Part shown: positions 12,731-24,428 of the stretch, one piece after another
Numbering within the stretch: position 1 is the stretch's first letter
Layout of the letters: the number at the start of each line of letters is the position of its first letter
The notes under the pieces: generated by a model
What the model saw: only the letters and a program-made list of their open reading frames with translations
Databases searched by the model: none
What the model was told of the DNA's origin: nothing
Program-made: the position numbers and the translations under genes
Assembly (NCBI GenBank): GCA_024679065.1
Contig: JAGIQG010000001.1
Location: forward strand, 156,488,001 to 156,552,000
Direction: 5' to 3'
Length of the DNA: 64,000 nucleotides
From: Sphyrna mokarran
Lineage: Eukaryota

Positions 12731-15700
12731 AGTAAGCTGTTGCAATTCTCGGAAATTGGAACATCAATGGCCGTAAATTTGATCTGTTAGAGCCCTGAGT
12801 TCAGCACTACCCCCCACCCGCCTCTGCAGACTTGGCACTTAACCCCCTCAGTTAAACTGTAACATGCACCGCAATAATGTGTGCCCAAGAACAGCGCACT
12901 TTTCGGATGCATAATGAGGGGGCGTGTGTGTCTCCTGTGGGAAATGCCACTTAACGCAGCTTGATTGATTTCTTGGGATAGAGAGAGAGGAACGCCAACA
13001 TTTTAAGAGTGACAACAGCCACTTACTTATCACGCACAGGACAGTGACGAGCGCAGATAAAGAGCAAAGTAATAAATCATCTGAGTTTTGCAGTTTATCA
13101 CATTTTAAGTGCTTGGAGATTTGCAAGACATTTCAGCGCAAGATACCCTGCTGTTCACCACCCTTTGCTGATACTTACACGATTCCTTTGTGAAATATTT
13201 ATCACTACAGTTTTTGCGGTTAGAGCAATTTGACAGACAGCTTTGCTTCTTCCACGTGGTTGCACGCAAAATAATTGAGCACAGGTCGTTGAGGAAGGAT
13301 ATTGTTCATTTATTTATGATTAAAGGTTTCAAATTTAGCACGATATTTTGAAGCAAGTAAATTAGAGCTTGGTAGCTGATTTGTCTTCTTGCTTGTTCTT
13401 GTTAGTTTTCATAGGTGCCCAGGTAAGGCCAAGTGGAAATGATCTGGGAAAATAACAGGTTTTAAAAACACTTTTGCAATCATCGTGGGTTTACCTTAAG
13501 CCTAAGATACATTAAAGTGCACAGTTCCACGGTGTGAGAGTGACCTTTATTTCTGTGGCCTCGGTAGGTACTTAACGTTTCTTTAAAAAACACTTCCAAT
13601 GTTAATATTGTGCTCCAGATTTCAGATTCGGCGCTGACGCTGAGCCAAGACGCCCTTACATTTGGTGGTATTCTTAAATAGCAAAACAAATCCGCCTTTA
13701 AAATCAGATTTCTACAGATATTTTGGGACTCGGTTACAGTAAGAGTTTTCCGCCGTTTTCTACAAGTCAGTAAAACTTTTATTACGAGTCATGCGCAACG
13801 CCATTGGGCCAGCACTTCATACACACTCACGCACACAAAGTGGTTCCGCGATTCAAACTTTCTACAGCAGTTAAACTGAAATACCAATGCTAGGCCAGTA
13901 GCTGTGAGACGTGATGCATCCTTTCTTGCCAGGATATTGCTAGCTGTACACATCCGTCGAGGTTGCAGGGAGGCCAGCGATAAGAGAGCTTTGCTTCATC
14001 TGTCGCTAGTTCCTCTCCCCCCACACCCCGCCCAATGTTAAAACACCCTAAGTGTCTCTTTCCCGATAACGTTAAACACGTCGCATATAAATATTAAAAA
14101 CTAAACGTGCAATTTTCTTCAAAGCACAGGACACAATATCACGTTTGCACCATTGAGCATCTGAAGCTACTTGGCATCGATCTGAAAACTGTATTGCAAA
14201 TGCAGTCTGAGATTATTATTAGAATCTATTACTTACGGTAATACCAAATGTCAAAATAGATAAACTGCGATATACAATTTCTGGAAGTGATTGAATAGTG
14301 CACCCTAATTTAGATGAGTTAATAAATCACACAGGGGGATTGAAATAATCCAGTCATGGGAATCCCCAGTGCTATTCTATATATTTTAATCCACTCTCCA
14401 TTAACAATGTATGACTTTTAACAATGTATCTTTGCTTTTGTTTAAACAGTTGTTGCAGAATTCAGTTGGAAGTTTGAAGAAAGCCAATGCATTCTTTGAT
14501 GAAATCGAATTTGTAAGTTTACATGGAAGACGATATACAAAAAACACAAAGTCTCTACACACCAACAAGGGCAATGGAAGAGAGATGGGTGACACATGTG
14601 TCTAATTTATTACCATTGGAAGTGATGCTGAGTCTCAGGACTGTAACTGAATTCAATGGTTCAGTGATATCATACCGTAAAGGGGAAGTTTAATTAATGA
14701 ACAGTTCGTGAGACAGCCTTAAAGGCTGAGACAATCGTTCATTTTTATGGGACTAAAGTGATAGACCTAAGACCTGTCGTGCAGCACACCTACCAAGATT
14801 TTGTTTTTTAAAAAGGAGAGAAAGCCAGCTGAATTAAGACAATAGCCATGTGATGCTAAGTTCAAGTTTAAAAGATTAAAGGATGTCTGGGCAAAGCATG
14901 AATCTGAGTAGAAAATGAGTCTTGATTTCAATACAACGAAGCTCGAGGAGTACATGCAAGGCTGTCGAGTTCAGGAGGTTAGACAATGGAAAATATTCAG
15001 AGAGGTAATGGCCAATTACTTTACTGGCAAGAGAGCATATAGTCAGGATGAAGGTTGGAGGTTAAAACTGAAAGCAGGACCACCTGTAGATGGCAAGCTT
15101 TTTCTGTCGAAATTATGACAGAACCATTGAAAGAGCTTTCTCGGATTTCTTGCAAATTGTGGATAAGCATGGACTTTTTCTGAAATTAAAAAGAGTCACC
15201 TGGTCCTTGATAATTCTGTGCATACTGTTCGTCCTTACTGTGGTATTGGGGCTGTTGACTAGTTGTACTGTTTGTTCAGAGAAAGCTAACGGTACATAAC
15301 GCTTGAAGATATCCAGCGTATATAATCCAGTTACTGAACTGTTAATAGCTTTAATATTTTCCATCAACATTTTACGAGTAAATACATGTTAATTGACATG
15401 ATGCGAAAACAAAACTGAGCTCTGTTTAAATGTTTCCTAACCGCTTGATTACAATATTGGATTCAATCGTTTTGCTGATATATGTTATTATGTATGTGAA
15501 CTTCAAATGGCCTCTTTTCAGGCTTTGGATTGCTACAACATTCATTATGGAGACACTTAAAAGTATAGAACAAAGGGTAGTTTTGAAATCTTCCATTTAA
15601 CTTTATGAAAGGTTTACAGATGGCATTCCACTTGAATGCTATGGGTTGTAGTAAAATTAATGTTGCTATTTTCACATTGATGCAATGTGGTTCTAAGTCC

Positions 15701-17069
15701 ATATTAACGTGAAAATGGCCAGGGGACTGAATCGTCCCCTGCAGAAAATAGCTGCAGAATTGGGGAAGCATTAGGTCTTCACTTTTACTGTTTCTATTTG
15801 TTTTTTTTTTCACCTGGAATTACTGGCAAAAGCGACATGTGACAATATTTGTTTGTTATTTCTTACAATAGTTCAAGATCTGTCGACCATTTGCTAGATT
15901 GTATTGAATAACGGATATGCGGGAACGACCATAATGTAGTAATCTAGCCAATTAGTTCACTTGGAACTCAGGCAGTCGATAATGATCACCTAAAATTTGA
16001 TTAGATTATTGCTAAAAATCACTTCATAGTGCCATTAGTTATGTATGCAATATTTTACACATACATAAAAATAAGATGTATAGTGTATTATTTTTCAGGG
16101 TGGTATTAACTTTTTCAGACAGTCACTCGTCGGTTTTGAGAGTAGCTACTTGTTACTTCATATCATTGATTGGCAATGGAGTTCCCATTAAAGAATTAGC
16201 GATGACTGTGCATTGATCACAAAGATATGCCTTCATTGAATTACCGGGAAACTCAATGATGTGTGTATTTCCACCATGTGTTCATTTTCTCTCCCTTCTG
16301 GTCTGTCAAGGTTATTCTTTTCTACTGTTTGTTATTTGTTTTTGATGGTTTGTAGTTTTTTTTTTATATATTTTGCATTTACAGGACACGTAGCATTCTC
16401 GTAGCTAAATTGTCCCACTCTTCATCATGCCACTGTTTCCCAAGCCACCTCCTGATTGCTTCATTACCTGCTGCCTGTCATTCCAGTGTCCCTGTTTTTT
16501 GTGCCTCTGAGCCTTTCTCAATCACACCGTGCTAATTGCTGCCTCCAGTCCCTTCCCTTGCCTTCATTTTGTCCATTCACTCCTCACCGTCAAATTGGGT
16601 TATCCAGAAGTATTGCACGATGATTATTTCTGCACGCGAGTTAATGCAGTGATGTAGCAGCACAAACCCATTGCCCTTTTAATGCAGGTCCAAATGTTTT
16701 ATTCATAAAGGAAGAATTGTAGTAGGATCATATCAGATATTAAACTACCAAGTATGGGGTGAGTATTTCTCTTTCTCTCAGTATGCTTGTTTGAGTGACA
16801 ATGGTCATTTAACAATAATTAGTGTCCTCCAATCAGTTCTGTGCCCCGTTTTAATGTCTACTCAGAATTCAGAGCAGTTGTCCAAGTTTTAGTTATTTAA
16901 TTTAGTATTTGTAAGTTCCAGAAAGAAAATGTGCGTCCTGTCCCTTCCGATTGATTTGAGACCAGTTCCCAGAAATCCCAAACAAACTTAAATCTTCTCG
17001 GTGGCAGTACATACGTTTTCAATTCTTTCTTATTACTTTGCAAGGAATTAAAAAGTCCGTCAAAAACTA

Positions 17070-17225
17070 AGTTGCCTCTTAGTGTCCCCGGATGCGTGAG
17101 TTAGAGGGATTAGTTTGGTAAATATGTAGGATTATAGGAATAGGGTCTGAGTGGGATTGTTATTGGTGCAAACTCGATAAACCGAATGGCATTTTTCTGC
17201 ATTGTAGGGTTTCTATGATTCTATA
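17070..17225 (+). mobile_element. SINE 3' half, tail type A (CR1-like ...tgcattgtagggtttctatgattcta)
   Basis: Matches the 3' ends of the copies at 59018 and 62368. Confidence 0.7.
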
Positions 17226-20099
17226 GATTTACCCCCAAAAAAGGCACAGATATGGATTCTCGGGGAAACACACACGCTTGTATTTTTTAACATGTAGTTT
17301 TCTGCGAACTTTTAGCTGGCATGTTGAGATTTGCAGTCATGGCTTTGATATCGGAATCTAAGAAAATGGTGCCAATCTTGAATAGCATCCTTGCTCGCCA
17401 AAGTTTAGCAACTGCACACAGTCGTCCGCCCCTCATGTACGCTACCTGACGCCGCTCTGTGGGACTCTAGATGCAAGCTATGCGTGTTTTTGCAAGAACA
17501 TCGCAAACTTCCGATTGCAATAGGCAACAGAACTTGATCAAATGGGCGCCAGAATAAGGGTGAATTGGCGAACCACTTAGCACAATCAGGGCGATCGGAT
17601 TTAGGGAACCAACACAGATCCACAGGCAAATTCTCCTTGAGTGGCGAGGGGGAATCCTCAGAATTATTCGCCATACTCTCGCGGGGAGATGGTGGTGGCG
17701 GGTGGGTTGCTCTAAGTGGGAGACGTCCATTTGCCAACATCAGCTGGTCGGTTCTGAAAAGAGGCGGCTGAATGTGAGCACACAGCTCCTGACAACACTC
17801 TCCCCCTTGTGCATTATTTTGATTCTGAACACGCCAGTTGTAGGACGCAGCTCCCTGCACAAAAGGAGGGAAGCTCCAAGTTTGGCATCGCTTTGGGCTG
17901 TCTGCGACTGGTGGCAAAAAATTTTTTTTGCTCGCAAACCAAGTCCGAGCTGCGAGCGTCGGTGCCGGATTTAACATTCCAGCCGTAACAGCGCACCACC
18001 TCCCCCGACCCACTATTTAGGTCAGAGTGCAAAAGTTAATCCCAAATTCTGCGCGGATGTGTCTCTCCCTTACATTTCACACCATCTCCGGCAAAGTGCG
18101 TGCTATTATTGAAGTCACAGATAGGAGGCATGAATACCCAGCTGATTGTGCCACATGCAGAGATTGCACCGTGTCTCTGCCCCAGTGAGGACATGCTGAT
18201 TCCAGCACTATCTTTTCCCAATGAACGATTTCCGCTAATTCTACAAAAAGCCGCCGACAAGAACTCATTATGGGAGGGGTTTTGATGCACTCGAAGAATA
18301 AAGGTCAATTAGTATATATTCATTCAGAAAAGAATGTCAGCTAAAGAGCTATCGCAGTTGTGCCTTCATGTATAGTCACACAAGCAAAGCGCGATTAATT
18401 CTCTGATCAAGATGTTCAGACTCTATTTCCGACTGTCTGTTAAAAAAAGGAAGCATGAAACGCGTATTGATTAGACGGGTACATTAATATTCTGATTGGC
18501 CATAATCTACTTTTTATTGATCGAACCATTCTTTTATAAACTGTCCGAGCTCTCCGCATCTCATATTCAGACTGAAATGAAATTAGCTTCTTTGCGTCCA
18601 CGAAGTCCTTTCCTCCTCTCTCTCGCCCCCACCGCCCCAGCTTGCAGCCACTAGTGGACGTGTGATTAAATATCCGCAAAAAAATCCGTCTCTCCTCCGC
18701 AGAATGAGTCTAGGTATGCTTTCGGAAAATAATCAATGTACATCCCCGGAGGATAAATACAATAAATTGTATTTATTTATCTCTTATCGTGGTCATCGGT
18801 GCGGGCACACAGGCTAATCCCTCAGAAAGGAGCCCGGGTTTCTCTCTCCCTCATTCTCTCCCCCATTCCGCCTTTGCTGGTGCTTAACCCTCACATTCTC
18901 CGACTCCTAGCTGGGGGGAGAGAGACAGAGAGAGAGAGAGACAGAGCCATCACATTTTATAAAAGCTAATGTCTCCCCTACTGTCATGGGGAGCGGCTTG
19001 AAGCATTTTACATCAGTGACAGCCCCGGGTGCTCACTCACTGAGCCGCGTTACATTTGACTGTACAGCCGTTGCAGAGACTTGTTATATTCTAATCGAAA
19101 AACTCCGGGGGTGTGTTCGGGGATGGAGAGTGGGGGGGGGGAAAACTGGTGTGAGGTGGGGTGCAGTGCTGGCTTGGGAATTTCCTACCTTGGATGTCTC
19201 GGAGGACAACATGTTACCGTGTGAATTGTGGGAGGCAGTGCTAAATAAGCCCTCTCCCCGTCCGCAATGCTAATATCCCAACTCATTGTAAACGGTGGAC
19301 GCACCGCCGCCACACAAGACGGTGAAGATGAAACGGGCAGATAGTAGCATTCCCCCGCCTACCTCCAACTCTCCCCACCGCCTCTTCCCCGTCCCCTCCG
19401 CCCCAGATGAGAAAATGAATTGTGTGTGTGAGAGAGAGACTGAGAGCAAACCTTCGCCGCTTTCTCATCCCCGCTGCTTTCGCCGCCAACACCAACACAA
19501 TTATTGGGATCAACAGAGTGACTGACTCCCACCGCCACATATAATACGTGTTACAGAGGCATTGAGTGTTTGTGTGGGTGAGGTGAGAGGGGGAAACACC
19601 CCTGAAGATATTCCTTCGGGGTGTACCGTGTATCCAAACAAGCACTCCCCCCTCCCTTCACACACACATACGCTAGTGTAGATGTCTGGCACTGCATCAA
19701 GTGTTGCAATGCAAAGTGATGTAGCGCTTTCTGATCATGTACAGTGAGATTTCGATATGATTCGAACTAAATAGCACTTTGGACTGGCGGGAGATGACTG
19801 TACGCATACCCCCGCTTTAAAAAAATGCATAACTGTTGCGATTTCATCTCTATAGCAGTCTGCTGCGCGCGTGTAGGATTTCTGTTAGTTTATCATACAG
19901 GATTACTGTGGAGAATTTCCTCACACGTACACACACACACACACTTTGTACCCCATAGCGGCTGGGGGGGGGGGTGGTTAAAATCGCAGGACAAGGATGT
20001 CTCTTTGTGTGGGGATGTGATGCGATCTGATCTGATTAGTATGGGCACCTGTACGAGTATAGCCCACTAACTCTGTGGGCAAGTGGAGAGAGGCTGGCA

Positions 20100-20340
20100 C
20101 CGTCACCCAAACCTGCCAGGGCGGGAGGGAGGAAGGAGAGGAGTGGGGAGAGGCTGGGCTGAGGAGTGGCCCGCCCCGCTCTACCCCCTCCCCCCCCCCT
20201 CATTGGTCGGCCCCGGGGTCTGACGCACAGCCCTTTTGTGCCAATGGGAGGGGGGCCTGGCTTAGAGCGGCAGCCGATTGGCTGGCTGGAAGAGGGCGCT
20301 ACGCAAAAGCAGAGCCCTGGAGCTGAGAGAACTGCAATCT
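20100..20340 (+). promoter_or_regulatory. Putative pcdh10 core promoter (TATA-less; GC box, three CCAAT boxes, CRE half-site, CTCF-like motif)
   Basis: CCCGCCCC at 20170-20177, ATTGG at 20202-20206, TGACGCA at 20221-20227, CCAAT at 20241-20245, ATTGG at 20277-20281 and CTGGAAGAGGGCGCTA at 20286-20301. The cluster lies ~600-750 bp upstream of the ATG and is followed by a GA-rich leader. Confidence 0.6.
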
Positions 20341-20615
20341 ATCAGCAGCAAGAGAGAGAGAAAGAGAGAGGGGGACAGGGAGAGCAGGGACTGGGGAACC
20401 ACTGCGGCGGGCAAAGTGGAGTGGGAGGAGAGGGAGAGATAGAGAGAGAGGAAATAAAAGTCAGCAGCAGCAGGCAAGTAGGGAGAGAAGGGGAAGAGAA
20501 ATCTACTGAGAAAATAATACGGTGATATCCCAGATTCAAAAAGGGGGACGGGGGTCAACTGTTCCCCCAGAAAAAAAGTGCATTCAATCAGAAACTGTTG
20601 TTCAGACGGAAAGAT

Positions 20616-20801
20616 ATGGACGGCCGCTATGTCAAAGGAGTTGATATCAAGCCAAAACCCCCGGGGATCTCCTCACCCAGGGCCACTGCTGAATAGGGAG
20701 CGATCAAAGCCAGCCACTCACTCTATCAAGACAAGACAGAAGTTGGAGCCAGGGCTACTATGAGGTCGCTTCTTGGAACTGCTTGCTGCGGATAAATGTA
20801 A
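20616..20801 (+). promoter_or_regulatory. uORF cluster in the presumed 5' UTR
   Basis: ATG ORFs at 20616-20696, 20629-20763, 20760-20795 and 20796-20801 (ATG-TAA). Their status depends on the TSS being upstream of 20616. Confidence 0.5.
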
Positions 20802-20840
20802 CGGAAGATTTCAACGTGGGGAATTATTTGTTTCCTTTAC

Positions 20841-20862
20841 ATATATATATATATATATATAT
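20841..20862. repeat. (AT)11 microsatellite in the 5' leader
   Basis: atatatat... run read directly. Confidence 0.9.
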
Positions 20863-20934
20863 TTGAGTGTTGTGTGTTTGGAGAGGGAGAGGGAGAGAAT
20901 TGAGAATCGGACTGGAGAAGGAGGGAGGGTGGAG

Positions 20935-23409
20935 ATGGTCCCCTTTTTGCTGCTCTGCATGCTGCTGGAGCGGGTAGCCTGCCAGATCCGCTACTCGGTG
21001 CCCGAGGAGCAGGAGCATGGCACCTTCGTGGGGAACATCGCCGAGGACCTGGGGCTGGACGTGACCAAGCTGGCGGCGCGCCGCTTCCAGACGGTGGCCA
21101 GCTCCCGCTCGCCGCACCTGGAGGTCAACCTGGAGAACGGGGTGCTGTTCGTCAACGAGAAGATCGACCGGGAGCAGCTGTGCCGCCAGAGCCCCAGCTG
21201 CCTGCTGCACCTGGAGGTCTTCCTGGAGAACCCGCTGGAGCTCTTCCGCGTGGAGATCGAGGTGGTGGACATCAACGACAACGCGCCCAGCTTCCCGGAG
21301 GCCGACCTGACGGTGGAGATCTCGGAGAGCGCCTCGGCCGGCACCCGCCTGCCGCTGGAGAGCGCCTTCGACCCGGACGTGGGCAGCAACTCGCTGCGCA
21401 CCTACCAGATCACGCCCAACAGCTACTTCCAGCTGGACGTGCAGACCCAGGGCGACGGCAACAAGTTCGCCGAGCTGGTGCTGGACAAGGCGCTGGACCG
21501 CGAGCAGCAGGCGGTGCACCGCTACGTGCTGACGGCGGTGGACGGCGGGCTGCCCCAGCGCACCGGCACCGCGCTGCTCACCGTGCGGGTGCTGGACTCG
21601 AACGACAACGTGCCCGTCTTCGAGCAGTCCGTCTACACGGTGAGCCTGGCGGAGAACGCGCCGCTCGGCACGCTGCTGCTGCAGCTCAACGCCACCGACC
21701 GCGACCAGGGCCAGAACGGCGAGGTGGTCTACAGCTTCAGCAGCCACGTGTCGCCGCGGGTGCGGGAGCTGTTCGCCGTGGAGGCCCGCAGCGGCTGGCT
21801 GGAGGTGAGGGGCGCCGTCGACTACGAGGAGAGCAGCCTGCACCAGCTGTACGTGCAGGCCAAGGACCTGGGGCCGAACGCGGTGCCGGCGCACTGCAAG
21901 GTGCTGGTGCGGGTCACCGACGCGAACGACAACGCGCCCGAGATCAGCTTCAGCACGGTGTCGGACGCGGTGAGCGAGAGCGCGGCGCCCGGCACGGTGG
22001 TGGCGCTGCTCAGCGTCAGCGACCGCGACTCGGGCGAGAACGGGCAGCTGCAGTGCGAGATCCTGGGCCAGGCGCCCTTCCGCCTCAAGTCCTCCTTCCA
22101 GAACTACTACACGGTGGTGACGGACGGGCCGCTCGACCGCGAGCTCAGCGACTCGTACACGGTGACCATCCTGGCCAAGGACCGCGGCTCGCCGCCGCTC
22201 GCCTCCAGCAAGTCCATCAAGGTGCAGGTGGCGGACGAGAACGACAACGCGCCGCGCTTCTCGCAGCCCTCCTACGATGTGCATGTCACCGAGAACAACG
22301 TGCCCGGCGCTTACATCTACGCGGTGAGCGCCGCGGACCCCGACGTGGGGCAGAACGCCTACATCTCTTACTCCATATTGGAGTGCGACATCCAGGGCAT
22401 GTCCGTCTTCACCTACGTCTCCATCAACTCCGAGAACGGCTACCTCTACGCGCTGCGCTCCTTCGACTACGAGCAGCTCAAGGAGTTCAGCTTCACGGTG
22501 CAGGCCCGCGACTCCGGCACGCCGGCGCTCAGCAGCAACACCACCATCGGCATCGTGGTGGTGGACCAGAACGACAACGCGCCGTCCGTGGTGTCGCCCG
22601 TGGCCAGGAACGGCAGCGCCCGCGAGGTGGTGCCCCGCGGCGCCGAGCCCGGCTACCTGGTGGCGCGGCTGGTGGCGGTGGACGCGGACGAGGGCGACAA
22701 CGCCCGCCTCACCTTCTACATCGCCCAGGGCAACGAGCTGGGCCTCTTCCGCATGGACTGGCGGAGCGGCGAGCTCAAGACGGCCCGCCGGCTGCCCGCC
22801 GCCAAGGAGCCCGGCGCCCCTCACCGGCTCCTCGTCGAGGTGAGGGACCACGGGCAGCCGCCGCTCTCGGCCACCGCCACCATCCTGGTGATGGTGGTGG
22901 ACAGCGCCGTGGACCGCCAGGGCGAGCGCGGCAACCGCGCCGGCCGGCCCCGGGACACCTCGCTGGACCTGACCCTCATCCTCATCATCGCGCTGGGCTC
23001 GGTGTCCTTCGTCTTCCTGCTGGCCATGATCATGTTGGCCATCCGCTGCCAGAAGGACAAGAAGCTCAGCGTCTACAGCTGCCTGGCGGGCGAGTGCTGC
23101 GCCTGCTGCCGCCAGGCGAGGAACAGGAAGAAGAAGCTCAGCAAGTCGGACATCATGCTGGTGCAGACCACCAACGCCAACGCCGCCCAGGTCTCGGTGG
23201 AGGACGGCAGCTTCGGGCACCACAGCCAGAATTACTGCTACCAGGTGTGCCTGACCCCGGAGTCGGCCAAAACGGATCTCATGTTCTTGAAACCCTGTAG
23301 CCCGGCCCGGAGTACGGATGCTGACCACAACCCCTGTGGGGCCATCATAACTGGATACACGGACCAGCAGCCCGACATCATTTCCAATGGGAGTATATTA
23401 TCCAACGAG
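20935..23409 (+). CDS. pcdh10: Protocadherin-10 coding exon 1: signal peptide, EC1-EC6, transmembrane helix, juxtamembrane cytoplasmic region (825 codons)
   Basis: ATG at 20935 in GAG-ATG-G context starts MVPFLLLCMLLERVAC, followed by QIRYSVPEEQEHGTFVGNIAEDLGL. Cadherin Ca-binding motifs are present (DINDNAP, DSNDNVP, DANDNAP, DENDNAP, DQNDNAP, LDRE, DYE). TM LTLILIIALGSVSFVFLLAMIMLAI lies at ~22969-23043. PCDH10-type KKKLSKSDIMLVQ and YCYQVCLTPESAKTDLMFLKP...SNGSILSNE follow, then donor GAG|GTAAGA at 23410 (phase 0). Confidence 0.97.
20950..23270. promoter_or_regulatory. Exonic CpG island (very high GC3, abundant CpG)
   Basis: Almost all codons end in G or C and CpG is dense, against an AT-rich, CpG-depleted background. 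Confidence 0.85.
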
Positions 23410-24122
23410 GTAAGATGCTGCAATTGCGCCCACACCCCTTCTATCTTGCAGCCCTACTCAACAGATTCCCTCCCATTTGACCCATCCTGACACATTTCTC
23501 TTTATACTTTTCTTTAAAAAAAATACACAAGTCTTCACTGTGTCCCTTGTCTTACATATTCAGGTCTGTTAACTCTGGCTTGTCCCCCTCAATTGAAACC
23601 AGCTTGAGGTTGTCTCTGAATGGATTTCACTGAGAGCCAGGGCGTGTGATGAACTTTAGCACTTTGCCAGGGAGGAGAGTTACCCCCAACATTAAGCTTT
23701 CAGAGAGAGCTCCACCGAACCTGTCAGTGTTTGAGACCTTCAGACACTCTGCGGTAGAAGGGAAAGGATGTCAGGGCAACGCGCCATGAGAATTCACTAA
23801 ACATTCTTAGAAGCAGACTGAAAGTGCCCCGCTTCATGGGAGGGGGGGGGGAATGGAATAACTACCTTGTGCCTTTAAAATGTTATTCAGTCTTGATTCT
23901 TTGCCAGTTGGAGCTTTGAAATATCCTTCAATTGCACAGACATCGCGAAGTCCAATGTCATATTAGGAATTACATTCCCTCATCACAGTGATACCTTGAA
24001 GTAAAACGGCGTGTGTTAGCCGGAATTTTCCCTCCTGTTAACGGCCCTGACGGGGCTTCACACATTTATTGTCTGTCTGATAAGTCAGGCTGGTATTGAC
24101 TTGACATTTGACTCTTTTCCAG

Positions 24123-24181
24123 ACGAAACATCAACGGACCGAACTGAGTTTCCTTGTGGATAGACCCCGTCGAGTTAACAG
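24123..24181 (+). CDS. pcdh10: pcdh10 exon 2 (59 nt, TKHQRTELSFLVDRPRRVN-S)
   Basis: Acceptor ctcttttccAG at 24121-24122 and donor AG|GTAGGA at 24182. The translation closely matches the PCDH10 segment TKHQRAELSYLVDRPRRVNS as I recall it. Confidence 0.95.
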
Positions 24182-24321
24182 GTAGGAAAAGCTCTCCCGA
24201 ACTGGGACAGCCAGCCCTGATTTTTCACTTGTTTGGCTCATTTCGATCTGAATATCGGGCGCTAACGTTGGCCATCTCTCTCTTTTTTTCTGTGTGTGTA
24301 TGGGTCTCCCTCCTCCCCCAG

Positions 24322-24428
24322 TTCTGCTTTCCAGGAGGCGGATATAGTGAGCTCGAAGGACAGTGGGCACGGGGATAGCGAGCAGGGGGATAGTGATCAC
24401 GATGCCACCAATAGAGCTCATAACTCTG
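24322..24428 (+). CDS. pcdh10: pcdh10 exon 3 (107 nt; conserved motif CM1, SAFQEADIVSSKDSGHGDSEQGDSDHDATNRAHNS)
   Basis: Acceptor ctccctcctcccccAG at 24320-24321 and donor G|GTAAGT at 24429. Phases (2 in, 1 out) fit the flanking exons, and the delta-protocadherin CM1 DSGxGDS motif is present. Confidence 0.95.

Noticed and set aside
17405-18013. 202-aa minus-strand ORF upstream of the promoter
   Set aside because: No recognisable domain or splice structure; it is a chance ORF in moderately GC-rich DNA. A divergent lncRNA cannot be excluded.
18646-18662. CTCF-like CCACTAGTGGAC
   Set aside because: The 3' half lacks the GGC core; it is more simply a short palindrome.
20773-20934. 54-aa N-terminal extension in the ORF track
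   Set aside because: It starts at TTG and runs through (AT)n and GA repeats. The signal peptide begins at ATG 20935.
21180-23300. 706-aa shifted-frame ORF (Arg/Gly/Ala/Pro-rich)
   Set aside because: It has no ATG at the called start and low-complexity composition, as expected from very high GC.
20824-23328. 834-aa antisense ORF over exon 1
   Set aside because: It is in codon register with pcdh10. Extreme GC3 and the near absence of TTA/CTA/TCA codons remove antisense stops, and the sequence has no domain features.
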